Shown piece by piece: positions 52,253-62,644 of a stretch of DNA of 64,000 nt. A model generated the notes under the pieces. It saw only the letters and a list, made by a program, of their open reading frames with translations, had not been told where the DNA came from and did not search any database. Source of the DNA: Candidatus Poriferihabitaceae bacterium (GTDB lineage Bacteria; Pseudomonadota; Gammaproteobacteria; Arenicellales; Poriferihabitantaceae); assembly GCA_965214625.1 (NCBI GenBank), contig OZ243962.1, positions 578,739 through 642,738 of the forward strand. Direction: 5' to 3'. A program made the translations under genes and the position numbers. Position 1 is the first letter of the stretch. Each line of letters opens with the position of its first letter.

Positions 52253-53029
52253 GTGAAACCGGCCTCTCTGATTACCGAATTCAGCCTTGAGGGACATGCC
52301 TTTGTGGTCACGGGCGCCAGTTCCGGTATCGGTCGCGCCATGTCCGGGTTTCTGTGTGAAGCGGGGGCTTCGGTGATCCTGATCGCAAGGAGAGAAACCG
52401 CCCTGATCCAGGTTACCGATCAATTGACCGAGGCCGGTTACCAGGCTGCTTTTGTGACCGGTGATCTGACCTATCGGGAAAGCCTGGGCGATCTTGCAGC
52501 CCGGTGCAGACAGCCATTCGGGCCGATCAGCGGGATCATCAATGCAGCCGGTATCAATCCGAGACAGCCTGTAGAAAAAGTCACCCTTGAGACTTGGGAC
52601 CAAACCCTGAATCTGAACCTGTCTGTCCCGTTCTTCTTTACCCGGGAATTCATACAAGACATGAAAAATCAGCGGTATGGCCGAATCCTCAACATTGCCT
52701 CCCTACAGTCATCCAGAGCCTTTGCCAACGGTCTACCCTATGGCGCCTCCAAGGGAGGCATCTGCCAACTCACTCGAGCCATGGCCGAAGCCTGGTCTCG
52801 ATATGGTATTATGAGCAATGCCATTGCACCGGGATTTTTTCCAACCGAACTCACGGCCCCCGTCTTCGCCGACGCCGAAACGGCAGGACACTTCGCCGCG
52901 CAGACCACGGTGGGCAGAAATGGGCAACTGGATGATCTCAAAGGGGCGACCATCTTCTTTGCGTCCAATGCCTGCCGTTATATCACCGGGCAAACCCTGT
53001 ATGTCGATGGCGGTTTTACCGCCAGATAA
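52253..53029 (+). CDS. hpsO: SDR family oxidoreductase, probable HpsO (DHPS 2-dehydrogenase)
   Basis: VTGASSGIG, NAAGIN and YGASKGG catalytic motif; located between hpsN and the Zn-dependent dehydrogenase. Confidence 0.75.
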   Translation: MKPASLITEFSLEGHAFVVTGASSGIGRAMSGFLCEAGASVILIARRETALIQVTDQLTEAGYQAAFVTGDLTYRESLGDLAARCRQPFGPISGIINAAGINPRQPVEKVTLETWDQTLNLNLSVPFFFTREFIQDMKNQRYGRILNIASLQSSRAFANGLPYGASKGGICQLTRAMAEAWSRYGIMSNAIAPGFFPTELTAPVFADAETAGHFAAQTTVGRNGQLDDLKGATIFFASNACRYITGQTLYVDGGFTAR

Positions 53030-53053
53030 ACCTGTTTTTACCGGACTGGAATC

Positions 53054-54043
53054 ATGAAAGCCCTGGTCTATACTGCCAATCAAGAGATGACCTTTCGCGA
53101 TGAACCCGAGCCTCGGTCGCTCGACGGGGATGCACTCGTTTCCATTGAATCGGTTGGTATCTGCGGCTCGGATATGCACGCTTATCTTGGTCATGACCCA
53201 AGACGGGTCCCGCCGCTTATTCTTGGTCACGAAGCCGTCGGCACCGTCCTTGAGGGAGCCCAACCCGGTCAGAAAGTCGTGTTGAATCCCCTGATCACGT
53301 GCGGAAGCTGCAGAGAATGCCTGGCGGGACAGCAAAATCTGTGCACCAAAAGAGATTTGATCGGCATGTATCGGGCGGGTGCCTTTGCCGAGAAAATCGC
53401 GATCCCCGAACGTAATCTGATTGAGGTGGACCCCGCTTTCCCGCCTTCCAAGGCTGCCCTGACCGAACCGGGTGCCACAGCGTTACATGCGGTTTCACTC
53501 GCTGAAAAAGCACTGACACGCCCGATCAGTGAGTCCCGCGCCCTGGTCATCGGAGCCGGGTCTGTCGGTCTGCTCACCGCCCTGATACTGAAGGACAAGG
53601 GTGTTGGAGACATTCATCTGGCCGAAACCAATGCCCTGCGCCGAACCACCGTCCAGACCTGTAGCGACTGCACTGTTTTTGATCCCACCCGTCAGACGCC
53701 CTCCTCCGACTACTATCAACTGGTATTTGATGCCGTGGGCAGTCAACAAACACGCAAGATGGCCATTACCGCCGCCAGGCCCGGCGCTACCGTGGTGCAT
53801 ATTGGTCTCGCAGACAATATCGGGGAAATGGATGTGCGTCGTATGACGTTGCAGGAAATCACTTTCATCGGTTGCTATACCTATACGCCGGTTGACCTCA
53901 AGGTGACCCTGGACAAGATTCAAAGCGGTGCCCTGGGCAGTCTGGAGTGGATAGAGGAACGCCCTCTGTCATCGGGAGCAACCGCTTTTCGTGAACTGCT
54001 TCAAGGAAAATGCGCTGCACCGAAAGTCGTTCTGAATCTATAA
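53054..54043 (+). CDS. hpsP: Zn-dependent alcohol dehydrogenase, probable HpsP
   Basis: GICGSD, ILGHEAVG, CGSCRECLAGQQNLC and GAGSVG motifs; synteny. Confidence 0.75.
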   Translation: MKALVYTANQEMTFRDEPEPRSLDGDALVSIESVGICGSDMHAYLGHDPRRVPPLILGHEAVGTVLEGAQPGQKVVLNPLITCGSCRECLAGQQNLCTKRDLIGMYRAGAFAEKIAIPERNLIEVDPAFPPSKAALTEPGATALHAVSLAEKALTRPISESRALVIGAGSVGLLTALILKDKGVGDIHLAETNALRRTTVQTCSDCTVFDPTRQTPSSDYYQLVFDAVGSQQTRKMAITAARPGATVVHIGLADNIGEMDVRRMTLQEITFIGCYTYTPVDLKVTLDKIQSGALGSLEWIEERPLSSGATAFRELLQGKCAAPKVVLNL

Positions 54044-54063
54044 CCGCCGGTTTCACCAGTCAC

Positions 54064-54498
54064 TTGTGGAAGAAACTGTCCGCAGTCCGTTCTTTCCACA
54101 TCCAGTCCCAATCCCGCGTTCACAGTGGCCGGAACCACAAGGGAAAAGGGCAGGTTACCGTCAACCATGGAAACAGTCATCGGCTGATTTTTCATGAACA
54201 GGGGGCATGGGATAACGGTGAGATGGAACCGATACCCTTTCTCAATGCCTATCAGTGGCAGCGGTGTATTGACCGACTCCAGCTGTCCCATCTGCGACAG
54301 GGTACCGAGCATCCTGTCTTCCTGGTCACCCTGCAGCCCCGCAGCGAATTCATCTGGCAGTCAATACATCCCCATCAATGCAAAGATGACCACTATCACG
54401 CCACCCTGACCCTCCAAGCCGACTGGATTGAGGTTCGCTGGCAAATCACGGGGCCGGACAAAGACGACCGGATTGACTGCCGATATCACACCGGTTGA
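54064..54498 (+). CDS. DUF6314-like hypothetical protein
   Basis: LSHLRQG...VFLV.L, HQCKDDHYHA and WQITGPDKD pattern; start uncertain (ORF track starts at 54010). Confidence 0.55.
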   Translation: MWKKLSAVRSFHIQSQSRVHSGRNHKGKGQVTVNHGNSHRLIFHEQGAWDNGEMEPIPFLNAYQWQRCIDRLQLSHLRQGTEHPVFLVTLQPRSEFIWQSIHPHQCKDDHYHATLTLQADWIEVRWQITGPDKDDRIDCRYHTG

Positions 54499-54573
54499 AT
54501 ACTGTACTTCCCGATTTGTTCTTGTCGCCATACCCCGACCGCGCCGGTTTGGACAACGCACAATACCGTGAAT

Positions 54574-55509
54574 CTAGCCCGCCCATCGATCCCTGTGATG
54601 CCAGACAGGGGAGGCCAGACGCCGGTAGTGTTTTCGATTGAAACGGACGTAGCCCTTTTCGGTATGCACCAAAGACGGCCTGATGATCTGGTGAAAAGCG
54701 GGGAGCTTGTGAAACGGGACACCGGGATGGACATGGTGCTCAACATGATACGGCATATTCCATGTAACGAATCGTCCTATCGGATGAGTAAACATGGTCC
54801 GCGTATTTTCCAACATATTGGCGACATGGGGACACCCGGTATGTTCTGCCATCAGATAACCCCGTAACAGGGGATTGCCCAGCAAGAGCGGCAATATCCA
54901 CACCCACAACAACAGCGAACTGCCCATCACCACACTACTGGCCAGCACGACCAGATAACCTGCTACAAATAATCGTGCCTGAGTGCAAACCCGTCTTCGT
55001 GCCTCAAGAGGCACAAATCCATCCGTGTTGGAAAAGAATGCATTGTTTATCAGGCTGCGGATTCTTTCGATCGTCTCGATCAGACCCAGCATATATATCC
55101 AGTATCCCAATCGGGTTTTCGGTTTGGGCCTGACCAGTTCAGGATCCCGTTTCGGGTCGTGTGTGTGTCGATGATGTGCAAAATGAAAATACCTGAACCA
55201 GGTCGGAGACAAAAAGACCAGAAAACCACAAAACAGGGCGACCGCATCATTTAGCCAAGCCGTCTTGAATGCGGTTCGATGTATGGTCTCGTGCAGTGGC
55301 ATAAACAAAAAGACAATCAACACGCCTTCCAGAAACATCACGATACCAAACCAGGGCAATCTCAATGCAACATACCAACCACAGGCAACGATTGTTCCCA
55401 GATGCGCCCCCAAATACAGCAGGCCGGCCCCGTCAGACTTTTCGGTCAGTCGTTGTCTTTGTTGTTTGGACAATTGGCTGACCAGCTGTCGATAATCGAT
55501 TCTTTCCAT
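54574..55509 (-). CDS. Membrane fatty-acid desaturase superfamily protein (MocD-like)
   Basis: Three His boxes: HETIH, HFAHHRHT and HVEHH; AEHTGC..V.NMLENTRT motif. Confidence 0.8.
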   Translation of the reverse strand: MERIDYRQLVSQLSKQQRQRLTEKSDGAGLLYLGAHLGTIVACGWYVALRLPWFGIVMFLEGVLIVFLFMPLHETIHRTAFKTAWLNDAVALFCGFLVFLSPTWFRYFHFAHHRHTHDPKRDPELVRPKPKTRLGYWIYMLGLIETIERIRSLINNAFFSNTDGFVPLEARRRVCTQARLFVAGYLVVLASSVVMGSSLLLWVWILPLLLGNPLLRGYLMAEHTGCPHVANMLENTRTMFTHPIGRFVTWNMPYHVEHHVHPGVPFHKLPAFHQIIRPSLVHTEKGYVRFNRKHYRRLASPVWHHRDRWAG

Positions 55510-55693
55510 CGCTCGCAGGCGTATCTATGTGTTGTCCGATTTTGATCATAGCAGGGAGCCATCCTTTCTCAAAGCTGCACCGTTATATGCCACGTCAACG
55601 GAATGAACAATAAAGTGCATGCCCAACACGTCGATTCAGGTGGGTGAATGCGCTACACTGCGAATTTCGTCTGATACGTACAGGACAACCTGA

Positions 55694-56173
55694 TTGGAAT
55701 CCAACCGCTTTTGTCAACTCAAGGTGTTACCGCAATGGACCGATTACAACGGTCACATGAATGTCGCGTATTATGCACTTGCTTTCGATCAGGCGGTCGA
55801 TGTCTTTTTAGAGCAACAGATCGGCATAGAGGAAAAACAGGTTCATGCAGCCGCAATGGGACCCTTTGCATTACAAAGCACCTATTGTTATCTGGCTGAA
55901 CTGTTCGAGGGAGAAAAAATCAGCTTCACCGCAAGAATTCTGGACTTCGACAACAAGCGAATGCATCTATTTTGTCAGATGATAAAATCACAGGACGGCA
56001 CGATTGCAGCGACTTGTGAAACACTCTATATCAATGTCGATCATCTACAGCGTCGGTCTGTACCCTATTCAAGGATCATTCACGACAACATCAAAATGAC
56101 CTATCAACGTAGCCGGCATGATGCCATGCCGCCACAAGTGGGCCAACGTATTGGTATCCGGCGACAGAAATGA
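55694..56173 (+). CDS. Hotdog-fold thioesterase (4HBT-like)
   Basis: WTDYNGHMNVAYY motif; YLAEL..GE and DNKRMHLF. Confidence 0.8.
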   Translation: MESNRFCQLKVLPQWTDYNGHMNVAYYALAFDQAVDVFLEQQIGIEEKQVHAAAMGPFALQSTYCYLAELFEGEKISFTARILDFDNKRMHLFCQMIKSQDGTIAATCETLYINVDHLQRRSVPYSRIIHDNIKMTYQRSRHDAMPPQVGQRIGIRRQK

Positions 56174-56661
56174 ACGGACAGCACGATCCACTTGCACAAC
56201 TCAGAGATATTCATCTTCCCCCTGACCCTGCACTGTGGCCGCCCGCGCCAGGGTGGTGGGTTCTGTGTCTCTTTCTGGTCGTTGCGGTGACGCTGGCTAT
56301 TTTCTGGAGTGCCCGGTTCATTGAACGGCATCGCCCCATTCGACACGCCCGCAAGCTGCTTCAGAATATCCCTGTCAACGTCGCTGGCAATGAAAAAGTC
56401 GCCGTGCTACAGCAAATGTCACAATTGGTTCGCCGGTTCGCGGTGTATCGGTTCGGGAGTCAGCGTGTAGCCAGCCTGTCGGGAGAAAGCTGGTTGGTTT
56501 TTCTTGACCAATCCACTGGTGGCACCGACTTCACACAGGGTGTCGGTCGAATACTGGCTGAAGGTCCCTACCAGAAAAAGATTGATGTCGATCTGCAGCA
56601 ACTCCAGGCCCTGCTGCTCAGATGGATGACACGATGTCAGGCGGCTCAACCCGGCTGTTAA
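56170..56661 (+). CDS. DUF4381 family protein
   Basis: LAQLRDIHLPP...WPPAPGWW, LSGESWLVFLD and GPYQ motifs. Confidence 0.85.
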   Translation: MNGQHDPLAQLRDIHLPPDPALWPPAPGWWVLCLFLVVAVTLAIFWSARFIERHRPIRHARKLLQNIPVNVAGNEKVAVLQQMSQLVRRFAVYRFGSQRVASLSGESWLVFLDQSTGGTDFTQGVGRILAEGPYQKKIDVDLQQLQALLLRWMTRCQAAQPGC

Positions 56662-57464
56662 TGATGATCCGCCTGCTGTTTATTGTCCCTTTGCTTTGGT
56701 CGGTGCAATGCCACGCATTTTCCTGGGCTGCATTATGGCAACGAGCAGACCAGCAGGCCGCAGATCACTTTCACCAGGAACGTTATGACGAGATTCCGGA
56801 GACCGCCCCCGACAACTGGCGGGGTGTCGCAAGTTATCGTCTCAATGATTTCGAAAATGCAATCACGGCTTTTTCTGATGCAGGAGACAATGCAGATACC
56901 CTGTACAATCTGGGCAATGCCTATGCCCAAGCAGGCTCGTTCAAAAAAGCGATCACGGCTTATGATCGTGCATTGACACTCGCTCCAGCCATGGAGGATG
57001 CAAAATTCAACAAGAAACTGATCGAACAATTGCTGGCAGAACAAGACATCCGGAAGCAGGAAAATCAAGCGATGGAACATCAGACTGATCGGCCCGACAA
57101 CGGGCCAAATCGAACCAACCCAGGGCCGAATAACGAGAGCGACCTCCCAATGGAACAACTGCCCCAGCCTCCCGACCAGGCACAGAGTGAAGCCCGCAAC
57201 CATTCGAAACAGGACAAGACCCCGGTCGACGGAAACGAACAACAACCCTCTTTGAGTCAAATCCCCATGGATGAGGATGCTTCAGACACGGCCAGTCTAC
57301 ATGAGAGGTCACTACCGCAAACACAAGCACCGATCAGTGAACAACAGCAGTTGTTGGAACAATGGTTGAGCAAAATTCCGGATGACCCGAGCGCCCTCCT
57401 GAGAAACAAGTTCGCCTATCAATATGCTCAAAGATCGAAACGACACGAACGGCAACAATGGTAG
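56661..57464 (+). CDS. TPR protein matching the C-terminal half of BatB (no vWA domain)
   Basis: AFSW..LWQ.ADQQA, YNLGNAYAQ, DAKFNKKLIE, Q-rich linker and EQWLSKIPDDPSALLRNKF; TAATG coupling with DUF4381. Confidence 0.8.
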   Translation: MMIRLLFIVPLLWSVQCHAFSWAALWQRADQQAADHFHQERYDEIPETAPDNWRGVASYRLNDFENAITAFSDAGDNADTLYNLGNAYAQAGSFKKAITAYDRALTLAPAMEDAKFNKKLIEQLLAEQDIRKQENQAMEHQTDRPDNGPNRTNPGPNNESDLPMEQLPQPPDQAQSEARNHSKQDKTPVDGNEQQPSLSQIPMDEDASDTASLHERSLPQTQAPISEQQQLLEQWLSKIPDDPSALLRNKFAYQYAQRSKRHERQQW

Positions 57465-57808
57465 TCTGTTCCCAAATGGTCCGTTATCAGTACCGGGCTC
57501 GATCAATCGGTCGCAGTGGGAAACAGACAATCAATCCGAGTCGATGAAAAACTTAAATCCACTGCTGAAGTGGGCCGGTCATCCAGCACACAAAATGCTT
57601 TCTTGGGCAAACCCGGTCCGTTTGGCGAAGTGGTTCATAACCCCGCATGCATCGAAAAAGGAACGTCACTGTCCCATCATAAAACCGCACCGTGTAGCCA
57701 TCACTGACCCTTGCGATAAAATACAGGTTATCCGATCTTTCGGGAATATTTCAGCAAACAGGCCGCTATCGCCACGTCATTCCGGTATTCACCAACGGTA
57801 ATCCAACG

Positions 57809-58711
57809 ATGAAATTATTGATTACTGGTGGCACCGGATTCATCGGCCAACACCTGATTGCCGCACTGCTAAAGCAGAACCATCAAATCACCGTGCTGTC
57901 CCGCCAACCTGACACGCTGACAAAACGCTATCGAGAACAGGTGCGCAGCATGACCTCGCTGGATGAGTGGCAGGCAGATGACAGGTATCATGCGGTTATT
58001 AACCTGGCGGGAGCCCCGATCGTTGATCGACGATGGACTAATCGTCAGAAACAGCTGATTTGGGATAGCCGAATTCTACTGACGGAAAAACTGATTGAAA
58101 GAATGTCGGCGGCAAATCGCAGGCCCGGTATCCTCATCAGTGGGTCCGCGATCGGGTATTATGGTGATACCGGCGACCTGGCGATTGATGAGGACAGCCC
58201 GAACGGGGCTGATTTCGGCGCAAGAATGTGCCACGCATGGGAATCTGCCGCATTTAACGCCCAGTCGCTGGGGGTGCGGACCTGTATCATCCGCACCGGA
58301 CTGGTCCTCGGCCAGGCGGGCGGTATACTCAAGAAAATGATCCCGCCATTTCGTTTTTTTCTTGGATCTCGGTTAGGCAATGGACAACAGTGGATGAGTT
58401 GGATACACATCAATGATCAGGTCGGAGCAATGCTGGCCCTGCTCAACCACGCTGACGCAGAGGGCATCTATAATCTGACCGCACCGGAACCGGTGACCAA
58501 TGCCACTTTGACACAAACACTGGCGACCTCGCTGCATCGCCGCGCTTTCCTGACCATGCCTGGCTGGCTCATCAAGGCAGCACTTGGAGAAGCCAGCCAT
58601 ATGTTATTGGGAGGACAAAAAGTCTTTCCGTCCCGGCTGCAGGCAGTGCATTATGAATATCAATACCCGCATTTGACTGGCGCACTCAACAACCTGCTAA
58701 AGTCACCCTGA
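57809..58711 (+). CDS. TIGR01777 (YfcH-like) NAD-dependent epimerase family protein
   Basis: ITGGTGFIG, INLAGAPI, SGSAIGYYG, RTGLVL and WIHIND motifs. Confidence 0.9.
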   Translation: MKLLITGGTGFIGQHLIAALLKQNHQITVLSRQPDTLTKRYREQVRSMTSLDEWQADDRYHAVINLAGAPIVDRRWTNRQKQLIWDSRILLTEKLIERMSAANRRPGILISGSAIGYYGDTGDLAIDEDSPNGADFGARMCHAWESAAFNAQSLGVRTCIIRTGLVLGQAGGILKKMIPPFRFFLGSRLGNGQQWMSWIHINDQVGAMLALLNHADAEGIYNLTAPEPVTNATLTQTLATSLHRRAFLTMPGWLIKAALGEASHMLLGGQKVFPSRLQAVHYEYQYPHLTGALNNLLKSP

Positions 58712-58716
58712 TCGCA

Positions 58717-59298
58717 TCAGGTGATTCTTTTGGCGAGGGCCACCAGTTGTCCGGTCAGGTTGCACAGGGCCGTTTGTCGTTTATCGTCAACCAATTCCCC
58801 CGCTTCAGTGAAAGCACTGACCGCATTCGGGAGCGCAATCTGATTCGGCAACACGGTCACACCCAGATTACCGAGCAGCATACGAAGCACGACCAATCCT
58901 CTGAGTCCGCCCAATGCGCCCATCGAAGTCGACATGATGGCCGCACACTTCCCTTTAAAGGCAACGAGAGGTATTTCCGTATCCGATTCCTTTCTCGAGG
59001 CCCAGTCAATCGCATTTTTGAGTAACGGGCTATAGGCACTGTTGTATTCGGGGGATGCAATCAGGAAACCATCGTGTGACACAAGCAACTGTTTGAATTT
59101 TCGGGCGTTCTCAGGCATACCGTGTCGGCTTTCGAGATCCTGATCAAAAATCGGCATCGGATAGTCCGCCAAGTTCAAGAGGGTGACCACCGCGCCCGCT
59201 TGCTCTGCCTTGCGGGCTCCGAGTGCAACCAGTTTCTGATTGAAGGAATCTACTCTGATACTCCCTGCAAATGCGATAATTTTAGCCATATAACCCAT
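58717..59298 (-). CDS. NADPH-dependent FMN reductase
   Basis: AFAGSIR..SFN, ASPEYNSAYSPLLKNAIDW and GALGGLRG motifs; true start 59298 or 59289 rather than 59568. Confidence 0.9.
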   Translation of the reverse strand: MGYMAKIIAFAGSIRVDSFNQKLVALGARKAEQAGAVVTLLNLADYPMPIFDQDLESRHGMPENARKFKQLLVSHDGFLIASPEYNSAYSPLLKNAIDWASRKESDTEIPLVAFKGKCAAIMSTSMGALGGLRGLVVLRMLLGNLGVTVLPNQIALPNAVSAFTEAGELVDDKRQTALCNLTGQLVALAKRIT

Positions 59299-59948
59299 TA
59301 TATCCGGATCGTCATTTATTTTCGATGCAGGTGGCGCACGCAGTTTGCGTGAAGGGCTATCTCCAGACAGGTGCCGGCCGCTGGACTGGAAGAAGTTCTT
59401 TTGAAGGGTTCTTTCGATAAAGACAGAGGAACCACGGTCGTCGCTTTCAATTCCGAAGCGGTCGACTTGACGACACAAAGCGATACCGACATGACAGCGG
59501 ACTGTCCTGGGCAACAGGCATTCGGTTAGGGGATCTTCCTGTTCACTTGTGGCGGACATGTGACTCACACGGGGTCATGGAAAACCCCATTGGGCATGAC
59601 CAACGCAGTCATCAAGACAATGACAACATTGGAAACGGACAGTGGTGACGGCGTTGCCGTCATTCGATTGGCATCAATTCGACACGGGTACAACTACCGA
59701 TGGTTCGTTCGAATGACTATCCCCGATGCAGACGTACCCCAAAACAGGTATCATCGCACGATGGAGATGCAGCCCGTAAGTGGCACACGTGTTGCGGGTT
59801 CATTGGTCAATGATGTCCGACGGCCAACCCCAGCCTGGGCAGTGGCTGTCTTTTTCATTTTCAAATGCGTTGCAGATTTTCTGCCAATGAGTGCTTCAGT
59901 TGCTGAACGATCGGCAAGGCGACCTGATAAAAACACCGGAACCATTCC

Positions 59949-61682
59949 ATGACGATGCCCTCAACACCACCCGCCATCACAACAGTCCAATCCATGGCGA
60001 CCTATCGGACACCTCTCATTCCCCGCTCTCGCCTCATGACAACGGGAATCTGTGTTGCACTGATGATGGTGGCCGTTGCTTTGGGGCTGGGTCTAAGTCC
60101 GCTTGCCCGGGCCGACGCACTGTCCTACCACCCGAGGACGGGAGAAAGGCTGTCGGACAACCAGACATTCACCTACCGCATGCTGGATGAATCTCCTACA
60201 CTGGACCCTCAGCTGAATCGGGATTCAGGCGGGTTTGACATTCTGCGTGATCTGTTTGAGGGGCTTTTGAACCAGGATGACAAGGGCAATCTGGTCCCAG
60301 GCGTTGCCGAGCGATTTGCCCGTTCCGATGAAAATCTCACCTTTACCTTTTCCCTGAGAAACAATGCCAAATGGTCAAACGGCGACCCCGTGACAGCCGC
60401 AGATTTTATCTATGGCTGGCAACGGGCTGTCGACCCGGCTGTCGGCTCGGGATATGCCTGGTACATCGAGCTTGCAGGGATTCGCAACGCCAGTGAAATA
60501 CTCAAGGGCAATCTGCCTCCTGATGCGCTCGGCGTTAGCGCACCTGACCCGCTGACACTGGTGGTGGAACTGGAGCGCCCGGTCCCCTACTTTCCGGCAA
60601 TGACGACCTATGCCACGTTTTTTCCGGCACATAGACCGACCATCGAGACCCATGGAACTGCCTGGACACATCCGGAAAATATTGTCTCAAACGGTGCCTA
60701 CAGGCTAACCGATCATATACCCAACGAATTCCATTCACGCACCCGAAATCCATTGTACTGGAACAATGAAAAAACCATCATCGAAAAGGTAACCGGGCTG
60801 ATCATCAATGACGAGCACCAGGCGTTGACACGCTATTTTGCCGGCGAGATTGACCGCACCGGTATCCCGGCCGGACAGTTTCCAAATCTCAACGAGCAGT
60901 ACCCCGGCCAAGCGGTTTCCGTCCCGTCGCTGTGCACCTACTATTACACCTTCAACCACACCGAATCCGGCCACCCGGCACTGCACGATACCCGGGTCCG
61001 AAGAGCATTGTCCTACGCGCTGGACCGCAATATCATCGTCAACAGCCTGCTCAAGGGGGGGCAGAACCCGGCTTACCACTTTACCCATTCGGCAACGGCC
61101 GGATTCAAAGCACCGGACATTGATTACGCCAACATGACCCAGTCAGAGCGTGATGATATGGCCAGGAAACTGATGGCTGAAGCAGGTTATGGACCCGATC
61201 GACCCCTGAAGCTGACACTGATCTACAATACATCGGAGTCACACAAGAAAATCGCCACGGTCGCCGCGCAGATGTGGAAGCAAAAGCTCGGGGTCGAGAT
61301 CGTGCTGTCAAATTTCGAGTGGAAAACGTTCCTGGAACGTCGCAAGCATCAGGAGTTCGACTTGGCCAGGGCCGGCTGGTGCGGAGATTATAACGAAGCC
61401 TCAACATTTCTGGATCTCATGACCACCACGTCCGGTGCCAATGATGGCCGATTCTCTGACCCCAGAGTGGATCAACTGATGACACAATCCAGAACACTGG
61501 ATGATCCTTCATCCAATTACCGCAAAGTGGAACACATTCTGGCAGCACAAATGGCCATTATCCCCATTTATCATTATACGAGTGTCTTTATGCTCAATCC
61601 CTCTATCCGGGGCTGGCCCTTCGACAATGTCCAGCAGTACTGGTATTCCAAAAACCTCTATCGGGTAAACAATCCTGACTGA
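59949..61682 (+). CDS. oppA: Oligopeptide ABC transporter substrate-binding protein (OppA/MppA-like); start probably ATG 60036
   Basis: TLDPQ, DLFEGL, KWSNGDPVTA.DF.Y.WQR, SNGAY and RAGWCGDY motifs. Confidence 0.9.
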   Translation: MTMPSTPPAITTVQSMATYRTPLIPRSRLMTTGICVALMMVAVALGLGLSPLARADALSYHPRTGERLSDNQTFTYRMLDESPTLDPQLNRDSGGFDILRDLFEGLLNQDDKGNLVPGVAERFARSDENLTFTFSLRNNAKWSNGDPVTAADFIYGWQRAVDPAVGSGYAWYIELAGIRNASEILKGNLPPDALGVSAPDPLTLVVELERPVPYFPAMTTYATFFPAHRPTIETHGTAWTHPENIVSNGAYRLTDHIPNEFHSRTRNPLYWNNEKTIIEKVTGLIINDEHQALTRYFAGEIDRTGIPAGQFPNLNEQYPGQAVSVPSLCTYYYTFNHTESGHPALHDTRVRRALSYALDRNIIVNSLLKGGQNPAYHFTHSATAGFKAPDIDYANMTQSERDDMARKLMAEAGYGPDRPLKLTLIYNTSESHKKIATVAAQMWKQKLGVEIVLSNFEWKTFLERRKHQEFDLARAGWCGDYNEASTFLDLMTTTSGANDGRFSDPRVDQLMTQSRTLDDPSSNYRKVEHILAAQMAIIPIYHYTSVFMLNPSIRGWPFDNVQQYWYSKNLYRVNNPD

Positions 61683-61699
61683 ACACGGCTTTCAGGCAA

Positions 61700-62623
61700 A
61701 TGCTGGGATATATACTGAAGCGAATCGGCATTGCGGTTCCGACCATCGTGGTATTGATCGTCCTGTCCTTCGCCCTGATGCATTGGGCACCGGGCAGCCC
61801 ATTTTCCGGAGAACGACCGCTGCCACCCGAAATACTCGCCAACCTCGAAGCAAAATATGGTCTTGACCGTTCCTTTCCGGAACAGGTTGTCCGCTATACC
61901 TGGAACATCGTCACGGAGTTTGATTTCGGACCTTCGTATATCTACAAAGACCGCACGGTCAACGAAATCATTGCGCAGGGATTTCCGGTCACCCTGACCT
62001 ACGGTTCGCTGGCCTTTGTGGCAAGCATTCTGGTTGGCATCAGCCTGGGCATTGTCGCCGCAGTGTATCGCAACACCTGGCTTGACATCCTGGCTGTCGG
62101 CATCTCCGTGGGTGCCCAGGTATTGCCCAATTTTATCATGGCACCGATTCTGGTCCTTGTCTTTACCCTGGGGCTGGGCTGGCTTCCCGGCGGTGGCTGG
62201 CAAGGTGGCCAATGGCCCTACCTGATCATGCCGATCATTGCACTCGCCACCAGCTTTATGGCCTCGATCGCCCGGATGACCCGGTCCTCGATGATCGAAA
62301 CCCTGAATACCGATTTCATTCTCACGGCACGATCAAAAGGCCTGCCCTTTTGGCAAGTGATCATCAGGCACGCCATGAAACCGGCCCTGCTTCCTGTCAT
62401 CTCCTATCTTGGCCCCACCTTCGTCGGCATGATCACCGGTTCGGTGGTGATTGACATTTACTTCTCCACCGGCGGTATCGGACAGCATTTCGTCAATGCG
62501 GCGATCAATCGCGACTACCCATTGATTATGGGAGTCACTATCGTGAGCGGTATCCTGACCGTACTGTTCAATTTGCTCGTGGATATCCTCTATGCCTGGA
62601 TTGATCCCCGAATCCGTTACTAG
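61700..62623 (+). CDS. oppB: Oligopeptide ABC transporter permease
   Basis: APGSPFSGE, DFGPS, TARSKGL EAA loop and NRDYPL motifs. Confidence 0.92.
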   Translation: MLGYILKRIGIAVPTIVVLIVLSFALMHWAPGSPFSGERPLPPEILANLEAKYGLDRSFPEQVVRYTWNIVTEFDFGPSYIYKDRTVNEIIAQGFPVTLTYGSLAFVASILVGISLGIVAAVYRNTWLDILAVGISVGAQVLPNFIMAPILVLVFTLGLGWLPGGGWQGGQWPYLIMPIIALATSFMASIARMTRSSMIETLNTDFILTARSKGLPFWQVIIRHAMKPALLPVISYLGPTFVGMITGSVVIDIYFSTGGIGQHFVNAAINRDYPLIMGVTIVSGILTVLFNLLVDILYAWIDPRIRY

Positions 62624-62644
62624 GCCGATGCATCCAGACGCCTC

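Noticed and set aside
58717-59568. 283-aa extended version of the FMN reductase
   Set aside because: Family homology starts at MAKIIAFAGS. The upstream 90 codons look non-coding.
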